NCBI GenBank assembly: GCA_951804945.1
Contig: OX638154.1
Span: 45,818,001-45,882,000, forward strand
Direction of reading: 5' to 3'
DNA from: Podarcis cretensis
Taxonomy: Eukaryota
Length of the DNA: 64,000 bases
Below the pieces are notes generated by a model that saw nothing but the letters and a program-made list of their open reading frames with translations, was not told the origin of the DNA and did no database searches. Position numbers and translations under genes: made by a program. Shown piece after piece: positions 1-12,625 of the stretch; the first letter of the stretch is position 1; each line of letters starts with the position of its first letter.

Positions 1-1384
1 TTTATATTATTAAAAACACCTGGAGGTTGAACTTCTAGCAAAAATATACATTTCAGTTTCAGGATTGCTACAACATCCCAGAAAAAAAAGAAAGAAAGGA
101 GAGTGTGCAGTCCTCAAGTGCTGGAAATACATGCCCAGCAAGTCCTGAGGGATAGCAAGATAGCAGGTGAAGAGGCTTTCAAGGGTGGTGGGTAAAGATG
201 AAGGTTTAGGGCAGGTGAAATTAAAAATCACAAACTATTCTTGTCAGTGAACTCTGGTTCCTGCTACATGAAGGCTCCAAATTGCTTTACTAAGACACAT
301 TCCACCAGCCTCACAGCATTCCTGTGAGGTAGAGATGAAACACACCAGTTATTTCAATCTGGAAATAAAGAGGCACAGCAAAATCAAGTACCAGCCAGTC
401 CATCAGTGCAACCCTGGAAGAAGATTGCAAGGATTAAGCAACTTACTTCCCTACACTCGTAAGGAAAATAACAAGATTCAAACCAATTCTGTGTATTAGC
501 CATCATGTCTAGGTAGTGAACAATCCTAAGGTTGAAAACCACAAAGGATCCCATTACTATTATGGAATTTGTGGGTGGTGGAAGCAGTTATGTAATGGGA
601 TTTGTTGCTAAAGCAAAATATATTGGAAGTGGCAGGGGGGGAAACAGTTCTTGTTTCCAGACAACTATGATCCCAGGAACCACACAGAGACTGCCAAAAA
701 GAAAGGGTTTCAAAGCACAGTAAGTGTTTGCTTTGTATCTGAGACAGAAAGGATCTGAAATGGCTCAGATGAGTGCTTGCAGGATCTTACGTGTCTGAGA
801 ATTTTCCGCACTAATCAGCCTAAGGGAAGATGAGTCAGACATTGTAACATTGTAGGGCAGTGGTTTTCAACAGGTAAAAGAGATGGGTTGTGGCAATGCT
901 ACCACTGCCATTTTGCTTTGTGGCAAAGATGGATGACCTTTCCTGTTTGCACAGGGTCTTGGAAGTAGGTCCCGTTTTCCATGTTGATGTTCTAGGTGCT
1001 ACTTAAATAGGTCTTGCCTTTGCTATCATGTGACCAACATCACCAAAAGGTAATTTTGTATTCAAAGGATGAAGTGCAGAATCCAAAGCTGTAGCTCCAC
1101 CAGTGTAACTGAACTTCTGCACCCTAAAGCCCCTGCCTCCACCCTCCTCTGGAGGGTTAGGAGACCCCCTAGAGCTGATTTGGGGGACACGCAGGGAGAG
1201 AAAAAGAAACTCAAGCGCCGTTGTCCGAGTGGAACTCTGCTCGTACATTGCTACATACAACCCTTAATGTTGTCTGGCAGATGTAAAAGAGGAGCTTGGA
1301 GACAACACATGAGCACTTGGACTACAATTCTATACTCATCTGAACTTACCACTTAAGAAACTGAACTTATTTTCTAGCTTTCTA

Positions 1385-1626
1385 CAGTGGAACCTCGGGT
1401 TGCATACTGTCCTCCTTACGAACACTTCGGGTAACGAGCTCTGCTAACCTGAAAGTAGATGCTCCTGGTAGCGAACTTTGCCCTGGGATGCGAGCGGAAG
1501 TCACGCACCAGTGGCGTGGCAGCAGCAGGAGGCCCCATTAGTGAAAGCGCACCTCAGGTTAAGAACAGTTTTGGGTTAAGAACGGACCTCCGGAACAAAT
1601 TAAGTTCGTAACCAGAGGTACCACTG
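1385..1626. mobile_element. Tc1/mariner-type MITE, family A
   Basis: TA|CAGTGGAACCTC...GAGGTACCACTG|TA terminal inverted repeats with a TA target duplication; related to the copies at 37502 and 55313. Confidence 0.85.
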
Positions 1627-3477
1627 TATATGGATTGCATTCCAAGGGCAAAAAGGGCCTAGACTCTGGTACTGTCTGAAAAAGAGTTGGTGGCAAATTA
1701 GCTAGGTTATAATCAAACTCTAGGCAAACGAGTGGCCAAGTAAAATGTCCATGATGTTGATTTTACATTTTTGCTTACTTAATAAGGAATGCACATAGGT
1801 TAAAGGCATCTTTCCAGTAAGGGGTGCAAAATGATACATCATGGGTTAAAGGCATCTACTCTCTGAAGGGTGCAAAAATCATGAGTTATTGCAATAAAAG
1901 ATTTCTACTAGTAGTTCAGAACAGCTGAGCTTTGTGGCTTTAAAACAGAAACACAGGAAACTGTCTTATACCTTGTTAGAGCCATCTTGTTCAGTCTTTC
2001 CTACATTGCCTGACAGCTGTGGATTGAACCAAGAGCCTTTTGTAGGTAAAGTATTTGCCCTTCCCGAGCTACAGTGCCTCCCCAAAAGTCACAGCTGGGA
2101 CAAAATTAAGTTCTCAAAGTTCTGTCCCAGCCCAAAGACATGTATTTCAGCATTGCTGAAAGCAAGCACACATAAAAACAGAGTAATCTCAGCATGAAGC
2201 AATGGAGTTGGTAATTCACACAGATTAGGCTCTCTGGTTCAGCAAATCCACTCCATAATTCCCAATGGAAGAGGTTCTCTTCTCTTCTCATTTACCGTGG
2301 CTGGAGTGGAGAAAAATCTCAGAGGTATGTGGCTTACTCTTTCAGGTTACATAGGCACTAAAAACTGCACATCATCAAGTTCCCGAAGATGGAGTGTTGC
2401 AGGACAGGAACTCGTCAGGAACTACAGCATCCGAGAGAAGAACTATTGTAACTATTATTTCCTTTCTCCATAGACTCTCAAGGGAAATCCAAATTAAAAA
2501 TATATCACACACACAAAGCACGGAAAGATCAACCCATCTGCTCATCATGCCCAACATAGTCTGCTCTGATTTGCAGCAGCTCTCCAGGGTATCGGGCAGA
2601 GGCGATTCCCATCACCTACCTCCTCACCTTTTAACTGGAGATGCCTGGGATTGAATCTGGGACCTTCTGCCTTCAAATCATGTGTTCTGCTGAGCTACGC
2701 TCCTTCCACAGATATATTAGGTAAAATTTATAGCAGCAGGCTTTTAAAATATCCCTATCTTCTAGTGAATGGTCTTTAGAGTTCTCTGCACCTAAATCTA
2801 GAAAATGAAGACAAGCTGCTAAAATTTCTGTTTGGAGGGAAAGAAAGAAGGAAATTGCCTGATTTGAGCTGAAATGGTTGGACAACTAGCAGTTTCAAAC
2901 AAACTTTTGTGCCACCTACACATCCATCACCATAAAGTTGTAAATTATTACATTCTGTTTGTTATGTCAAGATTGTTTGGACAGAAAGTTCTCTTTTTTT
3001 TATGAAAGCATACTGTCTATTTGAAATGTGCAGAAATAAGCAAACTTGCCTAAGGCCACATAGCAACAACGCAGTACCTCAGTGCCAAGGCTAGCAGGCC
3101 ATACCCAAACATCATGCTAATCTGGGAACAGTATACTGGAAGTCACAGCTGGAAGAAACTTGACAACTCACACAATGCATCAACCATGTCTAGGCAGAAT
3201 GGTCTCACACTGTTCACACAGACATGTGACAATGACTTCCCTGCTGCCACTTTGCTGCAACTGACCAGCAAAGAAGACCTGTGTTCAAAGCGAGCTGACA
3301 ACTGCAAAAGGTGTCTGGTGAGATCCTTAAGGGCTAAAGCAGAAACAACTCAAGGAAATCAAAAGGAGCCAAAATCTGATATAAGGCCTTTAAAAATACA
3401 GTAAAAATTGGTAATCTGATGAGGAAATGTTGAGGGGGTGACGTTGAAATGCTGTGGTTTTTGCTATCTATCACTTT

Positions 3478-3483
3478 TTTATT
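3478..3483 (-). terminator. Candidate PPARD polyadenylation signal AATAAA
   Basis: AATAAA on the minus strand about 1.47 kb downstream of the PPARD stop; usage is not demonstrable from sequence. Confidence 0.4.
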
Positions 3484-4946
3484 ACGAAGGTGTAAAAAAC
3501 AATGGGCAGAACCAGCACAGAATGCCGTATGTGCCTCTGGCACTGCAATTCACATATAAAGTGTCTTCCTCAGATATTTTGGGCAGCACAGGCACCAGAT
3601 TCTGCCGTAACTTATTTGTGGAGGGGCAACACGTGTGAAACATCACGTGTGATGGGAGGAAGCCGCAGGTAGGGCCAGCGGGGCCCTTTGTAGCCCCGTG
3701 AAGGCCCTATGAGGCCTGTCGCAGCAGCAGGAAGGCCTGACAGGGTCTCCAGCAGGCCACAGAATATTGAGGGGGCCTGGCCCCTCCTTGGAAATTGGGG
3801 GGCACTCGGTACCCCCAGATGGTGCCCCTCTTGGGCAGTCTGGAAAATACCAGGATGCAGGAGGTGGGGAAGTGCAGCAAAACAAAAGCAATCATCACTG
3901 TCTTCACTAACATCCTTGTATTGTCGTGACCTCACAGTGGTCCATGGGCTGCCCTTTGAAAAGCAAAATCCACATTATATCTAGCCCAGATAAGGAGACA
4001 CCCAAGTGCTTATTCAAGTGCAGGATCTACCTTGGAAGGAAGCAAATAGACTTTTGGCAGGTACTATCCGAGAGCAAAACTTCCATGACATCAGGCTCAA
4101 CTTCATTTGGCAAGCACTGAAGCACAGGGCAAGGGACAGAAAAAGAAGCCCATCTCTCTGCTGTAAGCTTGCAAGTGCCACACATGCCCATAAAGGGCTT
4201 CAACAAGCTACACTATAAAACAACCCAAAGAAGAGAGAGAGAGAGAGGACAGGAGGTATGGCCTTTCACGGAGAAGGCATTTCTGTTTTTGTGCACCAAG
4301 GAGATAAGCAAAGGCCTTCCCCCCCTCAAAGTATCTCCACAAGGAGTGTCCGTACCCTTCATCAAACACTTGGAGGTTTCTTTGGGAAATGTATACACAG
4401 ACACACACACACACATGAACACACACACACGCCCTTTCCTTGTAACACCCTAGAATTTACGGCTGAGGGCCAAGCTAGAATTCAGAGTGCAATATAAAAA
4501 TAATATACAACGGATATATGTTGCAAGTGCTGTTCCTGTACCTGCCAGCCAAGCTACTGCTTGCTTTAACTGGATGGACAAAACCCGCGTTGTCCAACCG
4601 CAGAATCCAACCCACAGTTCAAACATGTTTGCGAGGTTGTGTGTAAACACATCAGCTGCTCTAGAACAGTGTAACAGCTGAACTGTAGCAACAGATATTT
4701 AGCTTATGATGTGCCTTTAAGTTTCACTTAGTGTATGTTAACGGAAGCCCTGATCTACCACCATGTGGTAGATGCCAAGTCTTTTGCTGTACAACACCCC
4801 CTCCCCTCTATGTACAGAATGCAGCAATCATATAGAAAAAAGCAATTACAGTAGAAGGAATGGAAGACACAGGGGATTTCTTTGCTAATGTACAAAGCAT
4901 TTTGCTGGATTCCATGGCTTTAACCTATCTCTTAAATATAGGCTCC

Positions 4947-5194
4947 TCAGTACATGTCCTTGTAGATTTCCTGCAAGAGTGGGTGCAGAGAAGTCTCTGT
5001 CTCTGTCTTTTTGATCTTCTGCACCAGCTGCGCATGCTCAGTCACCAACTGTCGCAAGTCAGCCATTTTCTGCAGCAGCTTAGGGAAGAGGTATTGAGTG
5101 TCTGGGTGGTTGGCCTGCAAGTGGAACTCGAGGGCCTGGAGGATATTGTCTTGAATCTCTTCTACCTGTTTAACGTTCATCAGGCCAGGACGGT
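4947..5194 (-). CDS. PPARD: PPAR-delta last coding exon (LBD C-terminus, AF-2 helix)
   Basis: Translates [82 protein letters not shown]. Polypyrimidine-AG acceptor at 5196-5195; 248 nt. Confidence 0.97.
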
Positions 5195-6505
5195 CTACAA
5201 AAGGGAGAAAAAGAGAGAGAGAGAGCAACATTATTTTCCAATCCTTTACCTGTCTGAACACCAAGAGAAGCTCAGACTAGCCTGCTCCTCAGTGTGGCAT
5301 TCTGACACCTGTAGGGAGTTTTCCTCATGAAGGAGCATTCAAACATGTAGCACCCTCTCTCCTGAACAAATGCAAACATGTCTGCTGCCTGAAGTGATCT
5401 TAACCACTTGATGCTGTGTATTATATAAGTTGGGGAAACAAGGATGAATTCAGATGAGACGTTTTGAGCGAAAGGTGGGTGTTTTGATGTCAGTTCTCCA
5501 AGTACAAGCTATGTTTTTTTCTGCCTTCCTGCAGGCTCCAATCATGTAACTTCTGCAGATTTCTGGCACACTTCGTCTGAATGGGAAATACCCAACTCTC
5601 CTCTCAAAAAGGTTATGAGAACAGTTGTGTGTAAGGCTATGTGTGACTAGTGCTGCATGACATCACTGAGGATGGTAACACATTCTATTCCACCCTCCCC
5701 ACAATCTCTGGAGTAGTTTTCCAACTGTTCTAAAAAAGATTTCATACACACACAGAAATGCACAGAATGAGCACATACATGCAAATATGCTTCTATAAAC
5801 AAGAAGACAAACAGAGTAGTGCCAAGGCTGCCCTGACCTGACTCACTATTTAAAGATTTGTTTATTTTAAACCACACTTTACTGAGCAATGCTGCACTAC
5901 AGCAAACATTTGTCATTATTTTTACTTTAAGGAATGAACAGGATTTCTCCACGGCAAGGTTCATTTTCTTCTTCACTACAACTGTCTGTTAAATCAGTTA
6001 TAGAAGCTGAACTGGGGTGTGTGAGATGTGGTACCAAAGACAAGATCAAAATGGCCAAAGATCTCAACAGAGTTAAGAGAGATACTGAGGACGAAACAGT
6101 CATGGGAGGTAAAAGAGGAGAGAAAGAGTCAGCAAAGAAATAACAACAATAAGGATTTTTAAAGATTAAAAATGAAGAAGTGGGTGGTATCCTGAATGAG
6201 AAGAAAGTAACAAGGATGTTGTGGTAAGTGGTAAATTGGATGTGGATGCAATCCTATCCATATTCACTTAGAAGTTAGTCCAACTGTGTTCAGTAGGGGT
6301 TACTCTCAGGTAAGCTTGCACAGGACTGTGGAGAAGATGATTTAATCCTTTCTAGCTTTTTCATCCTGTCTGAATTGCCAGCATCACAATCACACCTTAA
6401 AACTAATATTAATTGCCCTTAACTTAGCAGGATAATGGCCCGGTCTTCATCAGCAAGCTTTTAGAAAGCATATACCATTGTTAGCAAAGAACTCCCCCTT
6501 CTCAC

Positions 6506-6956
6506 CTCCACACAGGATGATGGCAGCTACAAACAGAGACAGGTCACTGTCATCCAGCTCCAGGGCATTGAACTTCACAGCAAACTCAAATTTGGGCTCC
6601 ATGATGTCACTGAAGGGCTTGCGCAAGCTGCGCAGGAACTCGCGTGTCACAAAGCCATTCCCATTGGCCACCAGGAGTCCATCCTTGTTCATAATGGAGG
6701 CCAGCATTGCAAAGATAGCCTCGTGCACTCCGTATTTCAGCAGAGTCACTTGGTCATTAAGGTACAAGCTAATGAAGCTAGGGATGCTCTTAGCAAATTC
6801 TGTGAGCTCCCGCACAGTTTCCACGGATGTGCACTGGCAGCGGTAAAAAACATGGACGCCAATCTCCTTGGATGGTGGTATCCCATTCACTAGCTGTTTC
6901 CACACGAGACCCTTTTCCGCTTGCCACAGGGTATCCATGTCATGAATCACAAAAGG
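6506..6956 (-). CDS. PPARD: PPAR-delta coding exon 5 (ligand-binding domain)
   Basis: [56 protein letters not shown]...AAIILCG. AG at 6958-6957, GT at 6505-6504; 451 nt. Confidence 0.97.
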
Positions 6957-7281
6957 CTACAAAGAACAAACACATAAGAGTCAGGATTCTGCAGTGAGGA
7001 ATCAAGCCACAGGCTGAAGTGCAGTGGTGGAGAAGCCCAGGCCTGAGGGTGACATGTGGCCCTCCAGATCTCTCCATCTGGACCTCAGAGCTCTGCCAGC
7101 TACCCACTCACTGGCCCTGCTCCCCCCCCCTCCACCAAGTGTTACTGCTTGACTGGAATGTGTTCTTCAACTCTGATAATGCCTCTAGCGTCCTACGATG
7201 GCAGACAGAATATCTGAGTCTGTGTAGAAAACAGCCTCCTCTACAAAGGTCCCTAGCAAACAACACTGTGCTGAATTCATA

Positions 7282-7337
7282 GAAGGAAGAGAGGAAGAAG
7301 AAGGAAGGAGGAAGGAGGAGGAGGAGGAGGAGGAGAA
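7282..7337. repeat. Purine-rich (GGA/GAA)n tract
   Basis: Read directly from the sequence. Confidence 0.8.
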
Positions 7338-7999
7338 TGGCAAACAACTTCTTTAAAATAAAATTATTGCTGATACAGAAGAAAGATTGCACTGAGGACT
7401 TGTTTATAATCAGGATGGTGAGGCACTATACAAAACTTCAATTTACTGAATTCAGTGAAGTTTGAAGTGAAATACAGAATAAGCACTTCTGGATATTTCA
7501 GACACCGGTTCCAATTTAGAGTAAAAAAACTTGGGTTCTGCTATTATTTTCAAGGATAATTACCTCCTAGGATGCAGCAGGATATAAAATGAAAGCTCAT
7601 CTTACCTATCTATAGTTATTAAGACACCTGTGTACAATGATAAAGAAGCATTTTTCAATAGTACAAATAAATATGTATTACCACTATTTAATAATGCTAT
7701 AGGGATGCCTACTTTTTCAACTTTTCACCCTAAAAATTTCTCCCACCTTTTCCTGCATGGTAATGCTGATGTCTATATAGCTCGATTTTATAGTCCCCAG
7801 TGAGCTATACGTATAAATAAACTTCTATATTTCTTTTGGGAAGCCACATGGGATAGAGCCTTAAAAAGGAAGGGGAACGTGTTTTCATGGGAAACATTCC
7901 CTCAGTGGAATCAATGGATTATAATTTTTTCTTTTATTTTCTTTTGTGCATTTAGGATTGAACTCAGTCACTACCGTTTGCACTATCTAAAACTCTGTA

Positions 8000-8134
8000 C
8001 AGGTAGGTAGCCGTGTTGGTCTGCCGTAGTCAAAACAAAACAAAAAAATTAAAAAAATCCTTCCAGTAGCACCTTAGAGACCAACTAAGTTAGTTATTGG
8101 TATGAGCTTTCGTGTGCATGCACACTTCTTCAGA
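8000..8134 (-). mobile_element. Penelope-like element terminal fragment with a hammerhead ribozyme core
   Basis: 12-bp flanking duplication taaaactctgta (7988-7999, 8135-8146); minus strand reads CTGAAGA-agtgtgcatgcacac-GAAA-gctc. Confidence 0.75.
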
Positions 8135-8394
8135 TAAAACTCTGTAGAATAATTTGAGTACAGAAAACTTCTGGTTATCCTGGTGATGTAACTCAGGTCA
8201 CACTGATCACACCAGCAGCCTCAATATGAACAAAACACCAAGCTTCTCTTTAGTTGATTAAATAGTTGATTAAAGTTCTTTGATGTCAGAGTGTCTGCTT
8301 TGGGCACAGCATTGAATCTCTTGGACTGCAGATGCCAAGAGCTTGCCTGGCAAGTTCTGCTCCACTTTCATCCCTCTGGGACTGAGGTACTCAC

Positions 8395-8597
8395 TGGAGT
8401 GCTGCTGGCTTTCCCAGTCAGGATGCCTCGTGCCTTCTTTTTGGTCATGTTGAAATTTTTCAGGTAGGCGTTGTAGATGTGCTTGGAAAATACTTTCAGG
8501 TCAGCTACCTGCTGGTTCTGACAGGTGATCTCACTTGCTGTCAGTCCTGCCACTAACTTCCTTTTTTCAGCTTCAGGCATGCGGCCGAAACGAATGG
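8395..8597 (-). CDS. PPARD: PPAR-delta coding exon 4 (hinge)
   Basis: [23 protein letters not shown]...[33 protein letters not shown] boundaries; 203 nt. Confidence 0.96.
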
Positions 8598-9297
8598 CTG
8601 AAGAAACGTAACAAAGAAGATACTGTTAGGAGTCTTGGGCCGAAATAGCATCCCCATGTCTTTCCAACTTTTTATTTATTGAAGACATTTCATATTACAC
8701 AATTATAGGTGGACGGGGAGGGAAACAAAAAATAAAGAGTGTTAATTATTACATTTATATCCCTCTTTTTCCATCAGGAAGCTCAAGGTGGTGTTTTGGG
8801 GCACTGTGCTCTTGCACAGGTCACGTGACTAATGCAAGAGCGCATCCCAGAAGATGTGCATCCCAGTTTTCTGCTGGGACATGTTGGAGGGCATGGTGGC
8901 ACCATTCACATAACAAAAACTACCACAGAGATATCAGTGTTTTCAAAAGTAGGGGGTCTATGGCTTGGCTTTTAAAAAACAGGGGGTCCGCAGTACTTAG
9001 CTAATTGGGAACCACTGTTCTAAAGACAAAACAAGGAAAAATAGACTGGAAGCAATAGACATTGATATGCCTTTCTTAGGCTGTGTCCATAACAATCATT
9101 TCCAGAAGGAAAGATATGCAGGCTGTGCAATGATTCCAACCCACTATCTGGCTAATGAGGATGACTGCCAGAGCAGCATAGTTAGACACTCCACCACAAG
9201 CACCCCCACCCACAATACTAAACACGTTGCCTACAGAAAATACAAATTTCCATATCTAGCAATGTTTTTCTTCCTAAGGGGAGGAGAGGAGTCTCAC

Positions 9298-9436
9298 CGT
9301 TGTGCGACATGCCCAGGGAGAGGCATTTCTGAAAGCGGCAGTACTGGCACTTGTTTCGGTTCTTCTTCTGAATTTTACAGCTCCGCTCACACCTCTCATA
9401 CTCCAGTTTCATACGGATTGTTCGACGAAAGAAGCC
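9298..9436 (-). CDS. PPARD: PPAR-delta coding exon 3 (second zinc finger)
   Basis: [50 protein letters not shown] boundaries; 139 nt. Confidence 0.97.
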
Positions 9437-9739
9437 CTGTTGGAGAGCAGACAGAGGGAGAAAAGAAACAGGGAGACGGGTCATTGTGATAACACAGCAG
9501 CTCCTTATAAAATGTCCCAGGATTGCTGTCATCTTGAGTCTCAGGACAGAATATCGTTTTCAGCAACAAGCAAAGAGACTTCAGAACAATGGACCATACT
9601 ATATGTTAACATACACATGGAGAAGGACTGAAGGTAGGACAACACTCCCAGCTTATGAACCGATTGCTTACAGACGTAGGCTTTGTACGGACAAGCATAA
9701 CAATATTTGGAACTTGTTTATTAAATGGTAGGTTATAAA

Positions 9740-10100
9740 GGTAAAGGTACCCCTGCCCGTACGGGCCAGTCGTGTCCGACTCTAGGGTTGTGCGCCCATC
9801 TCACTTAAGAGGCCGGGGGCCAGCGCTGTCCGGAGACACTTCCGGGTCACGTGGCCAGTGTGACGAAGCTGCTCTGGCGAGCCAGCACCAGTGCAGCACA
9901 CGGAAACGCCGTTTACCTTCCCGCTATAAAGCGGTACCTATTTATCTACTTGCACTTAGGGGTGCTTTCAAACTGCTAGGTGGGCAGGAGCTGGGACTGA
10001 AAGACAGGAGCTCACCCCGCCGTGGGGATTCGAACCGCCGACCATACGATCAGCAAGTCCTAGGCACTGAGGTTTTACCCACAGTGCCACCCGCATCCCA
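9740..10100 (-). mobile_element. Full-length Sauria SINE
   Basis: (ACCTTT)n tail on the minus strand, a B-box-like ggttcgaatccc, and a 15-bp TSD atg(g/a)taggttataaa at 9725-9739 and 10102-10116. Confidence 0.88.
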
Positions 10101-10920
10101 TATGATAGGTTATAAATAACCATAAATCTATCTGTATAATAATAACATTCATATACCTACATACTAGACTTGTATATATGGAATTGTAGTTGTCTGCATA
10201 TATACCTTTTATTTTATTTCTTTATTCACTTTTAATTTTTACTTTATTTTGTTCAATTGAAATATTCCCCCCCCCCCCATTTTTTTTTAACATACACATG
10301 GAGAAAAGAATGGTACAAGCAGGAAGAAAACCTAAACATAATAGTCCCGTGTAAAAAACAGCAAAAAACAGACTTGTAGTATCAGAAAGATCCAGCAGGG
10401 GGATATGAATAAACAAATCCAGCTTTTCAACATCCTTGCCTCTCTCCCTTCAGTTTCCCCGCCCCCTTTGAATAATTTTGGCATCACTTAGACATTGAAT
10501 AACTCATCTCCTTTGGCATTCTGCGATTCCAACAGCCAGCCAAATGATCAGGAGCAGAATACGTTCACAGGTGTCCCATGGAGTATGTCAGCCAAAGATT
10601 ATGTCTAAAAGTAATGTCTATGTTCTCAGGGAGGCCAGAGTTGATGGAGAATAGTTACAGGTAAGAAGGGCAGAGAAGACGTAAAGCAGGAAAATGTCCC
10701 AGGCAAAACTCCTGTGCATATTAGGGACAAATTCCAGAAGGGTGTCCACGTTAGTCTGTAGAGCTTAGGAATATTACTACCAGTCCATTTCAAGGGATAT
10801 TGTTACTTCAGGTCCACAGAATGCAGCACCTTGTTAATGTTTGCAGAATAGTGCTTTTGTTCTGCACTATCAGAATAAAGGTTAGTCTTATACCTTTGTT
10901 CCAGTTGTGGGTTAGAGATA

Positions 10921-11629
10921 CAGTGGTGCCCCGCAAGACGAACGCCTCGCAAGACGGAAAACCCGCTAGACGAAAGGGTTTTCCGTTTTGGAGGCGCTTC
11001 GCAAAACGAATTTCCCTATGGGCTTCCTTCGCAAGACGAAAGCCCATAGGGAAATCTCCGGGACAGCGGGGAAGCACAGCGCGTCTTCCCCACTGTAATC
11101 GGACCTCCTCCGAAGGCTGGCGGTGGGGCGGAGAGACCTCCCGCCGCCAGCCTTCAGAAGGCTGCTCCGGAGGCTGGCGGCGGGAGGAGGTCTCTCCGCC
11201 CCACCGCCAGCCTTCGGAAGGCTGCTCCGAAGGCTGGCGGTGGGGCGGAGAGACCTGCTCCTCGCGCCAGCCTTCGGATGGCTGTCCTGAAGACTTGCGG
11301 TGGGAGGAGGGTTTTCCTTCCTACCGCCAACTTTCAGAATGCTGTTCTGAATGTTGGCGTGGGGAGGAAAAACCCTCCTCCCACCGCAAGCCCCGGGAAC
11401 AGAGGAGAAGCACTGCGCGCCTTCCCCTCTGTTCCCGTACCTGTCCTGAAGGCTTGTGGTGGGGAGAAAAGCCCTTCTCCGCACCGCCAGCCTGGCAAGC
11501 GGTCTCCATAGGAACGCATTAATTGATTTTCAATGCATTCCTATGGGAAACCGTGCTTCGCAAGAAGAAAAACTCGCAAGAAGAAAAAACTTGTGGAACG
11601 AATTAATTTCGTCTTGCGAGGCACCACTG
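10921..11629. mobile_element. Tc1/mariner-type MITE, family B, with an internal GC-rich palindromic minisatellite
   Basis: TA|CAGTGGTGCCCCGCAAGACGAA...TTCGTCTTGCGAGGCACCACTG|TA. Confidence 0.87.
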
Positions 11630-12473
11630 TACTTGGATCTTTAACCTCTGAAGAAAAGATTCTGTTTTCTTCCATAATTTACTCACTGAAGCCTCCTATA
11701 ACCTTGTGAATAACAGGAGTAGCTAAAATGTGGCCCTTGTAGATCTACTATAACATGTGTATAAGTCACACAATATATGGCTAATAAATCATGCTTTGAG
11801 GAATAAAGGGGCTAAAATAAATGCATAGTTAAACGCAGTTAGAACTCAAAAAGACAAGCAGAAGTGAAATTTGGCACGTAATTAGAACTGAATACACTTG
11901 GGTCACACCAAAAGATGATGAACACAGACTTTTCTAATCAATGTGCTTAGGTCAGGGGTTTTCAGCAGCACAGACCAACACATTTCTAGGTTAAAGAAAG
12001 AAAAAGGAACTGGTTTGATGTCCTGTCTTGGGAAATGAGGCAATCTATTCTTGTTAGAAAAGGAGCATGAAACAGGGCAAAAGTTTACCAACAGGGGAAG
12101 AGAACATTAAATATAAGAACTGGTATCTTTGTATTTGTTGCTTATTCTTTTGTGCATTGTAGTGGTAGTTTATTAAAACTTTATAGTCATTTGAATTTTC
12201 CTGATCAGTCACTGCCTGGTTCGGTTGGTGAAGAGACTCCTAAGGACTCTATAAATGTATGACTTCAAACACGGTGGTAAGAGTCTTGAAGGAGGGTGGC
12301 TAAAGCCACAAAATCTAATACCTTCCAGGTATTGTTAGACAACAACTCCCAGGAGCCCTGGTCATCATGGCCAATGACCTGGGATGAAGGGAGTTGTAGT
12401 TCAGTAACATCTAGATGGTCACAAGTTAGCCACCCCTTCTGCATAGAGTTTGTACATTGCATATTGTCCATAC

Positions 12474-12625
12474 CTTGCAACCCTCACATGCATGCACTCC
12501 ATAGTGGAACCCCGATGCCTTATCACCACAGACCCTGCACTCTACATTCAGACTTCCTGAGGTTGCCTCATCACAGCCCATTTGGAGTTGGTCTGACAGA
12601 GAAGGTGAAGAATTCTGGGAAAGAT
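12474..12625 (-). CDS. PPARD: PPAR-delta coding exon 2 (first zinc finger, P-box)
   Basis: Hand translation [51 protein letters not shown]; not in the ORF track. AG at 12627-12626, GT at 12473-12472; 152 nt, phases match the neighbouring exons. Confidence 0.96.

Noticed and set aside
4860-5330. Plus-strand ORFs here and at 6478, 9302, 30224 and 61993
   Set aside because: These are antisense shadows of real PPARD, env and DEF6 coding sequence.
10800-11522. 240-aa and 172-aa repetitive ORFs; CRISPR-like look of the repeats
   Set aside because: They lie inside a MITE minisatellite. There are no unique spacers or cas genes, and the context is eukaryotic.
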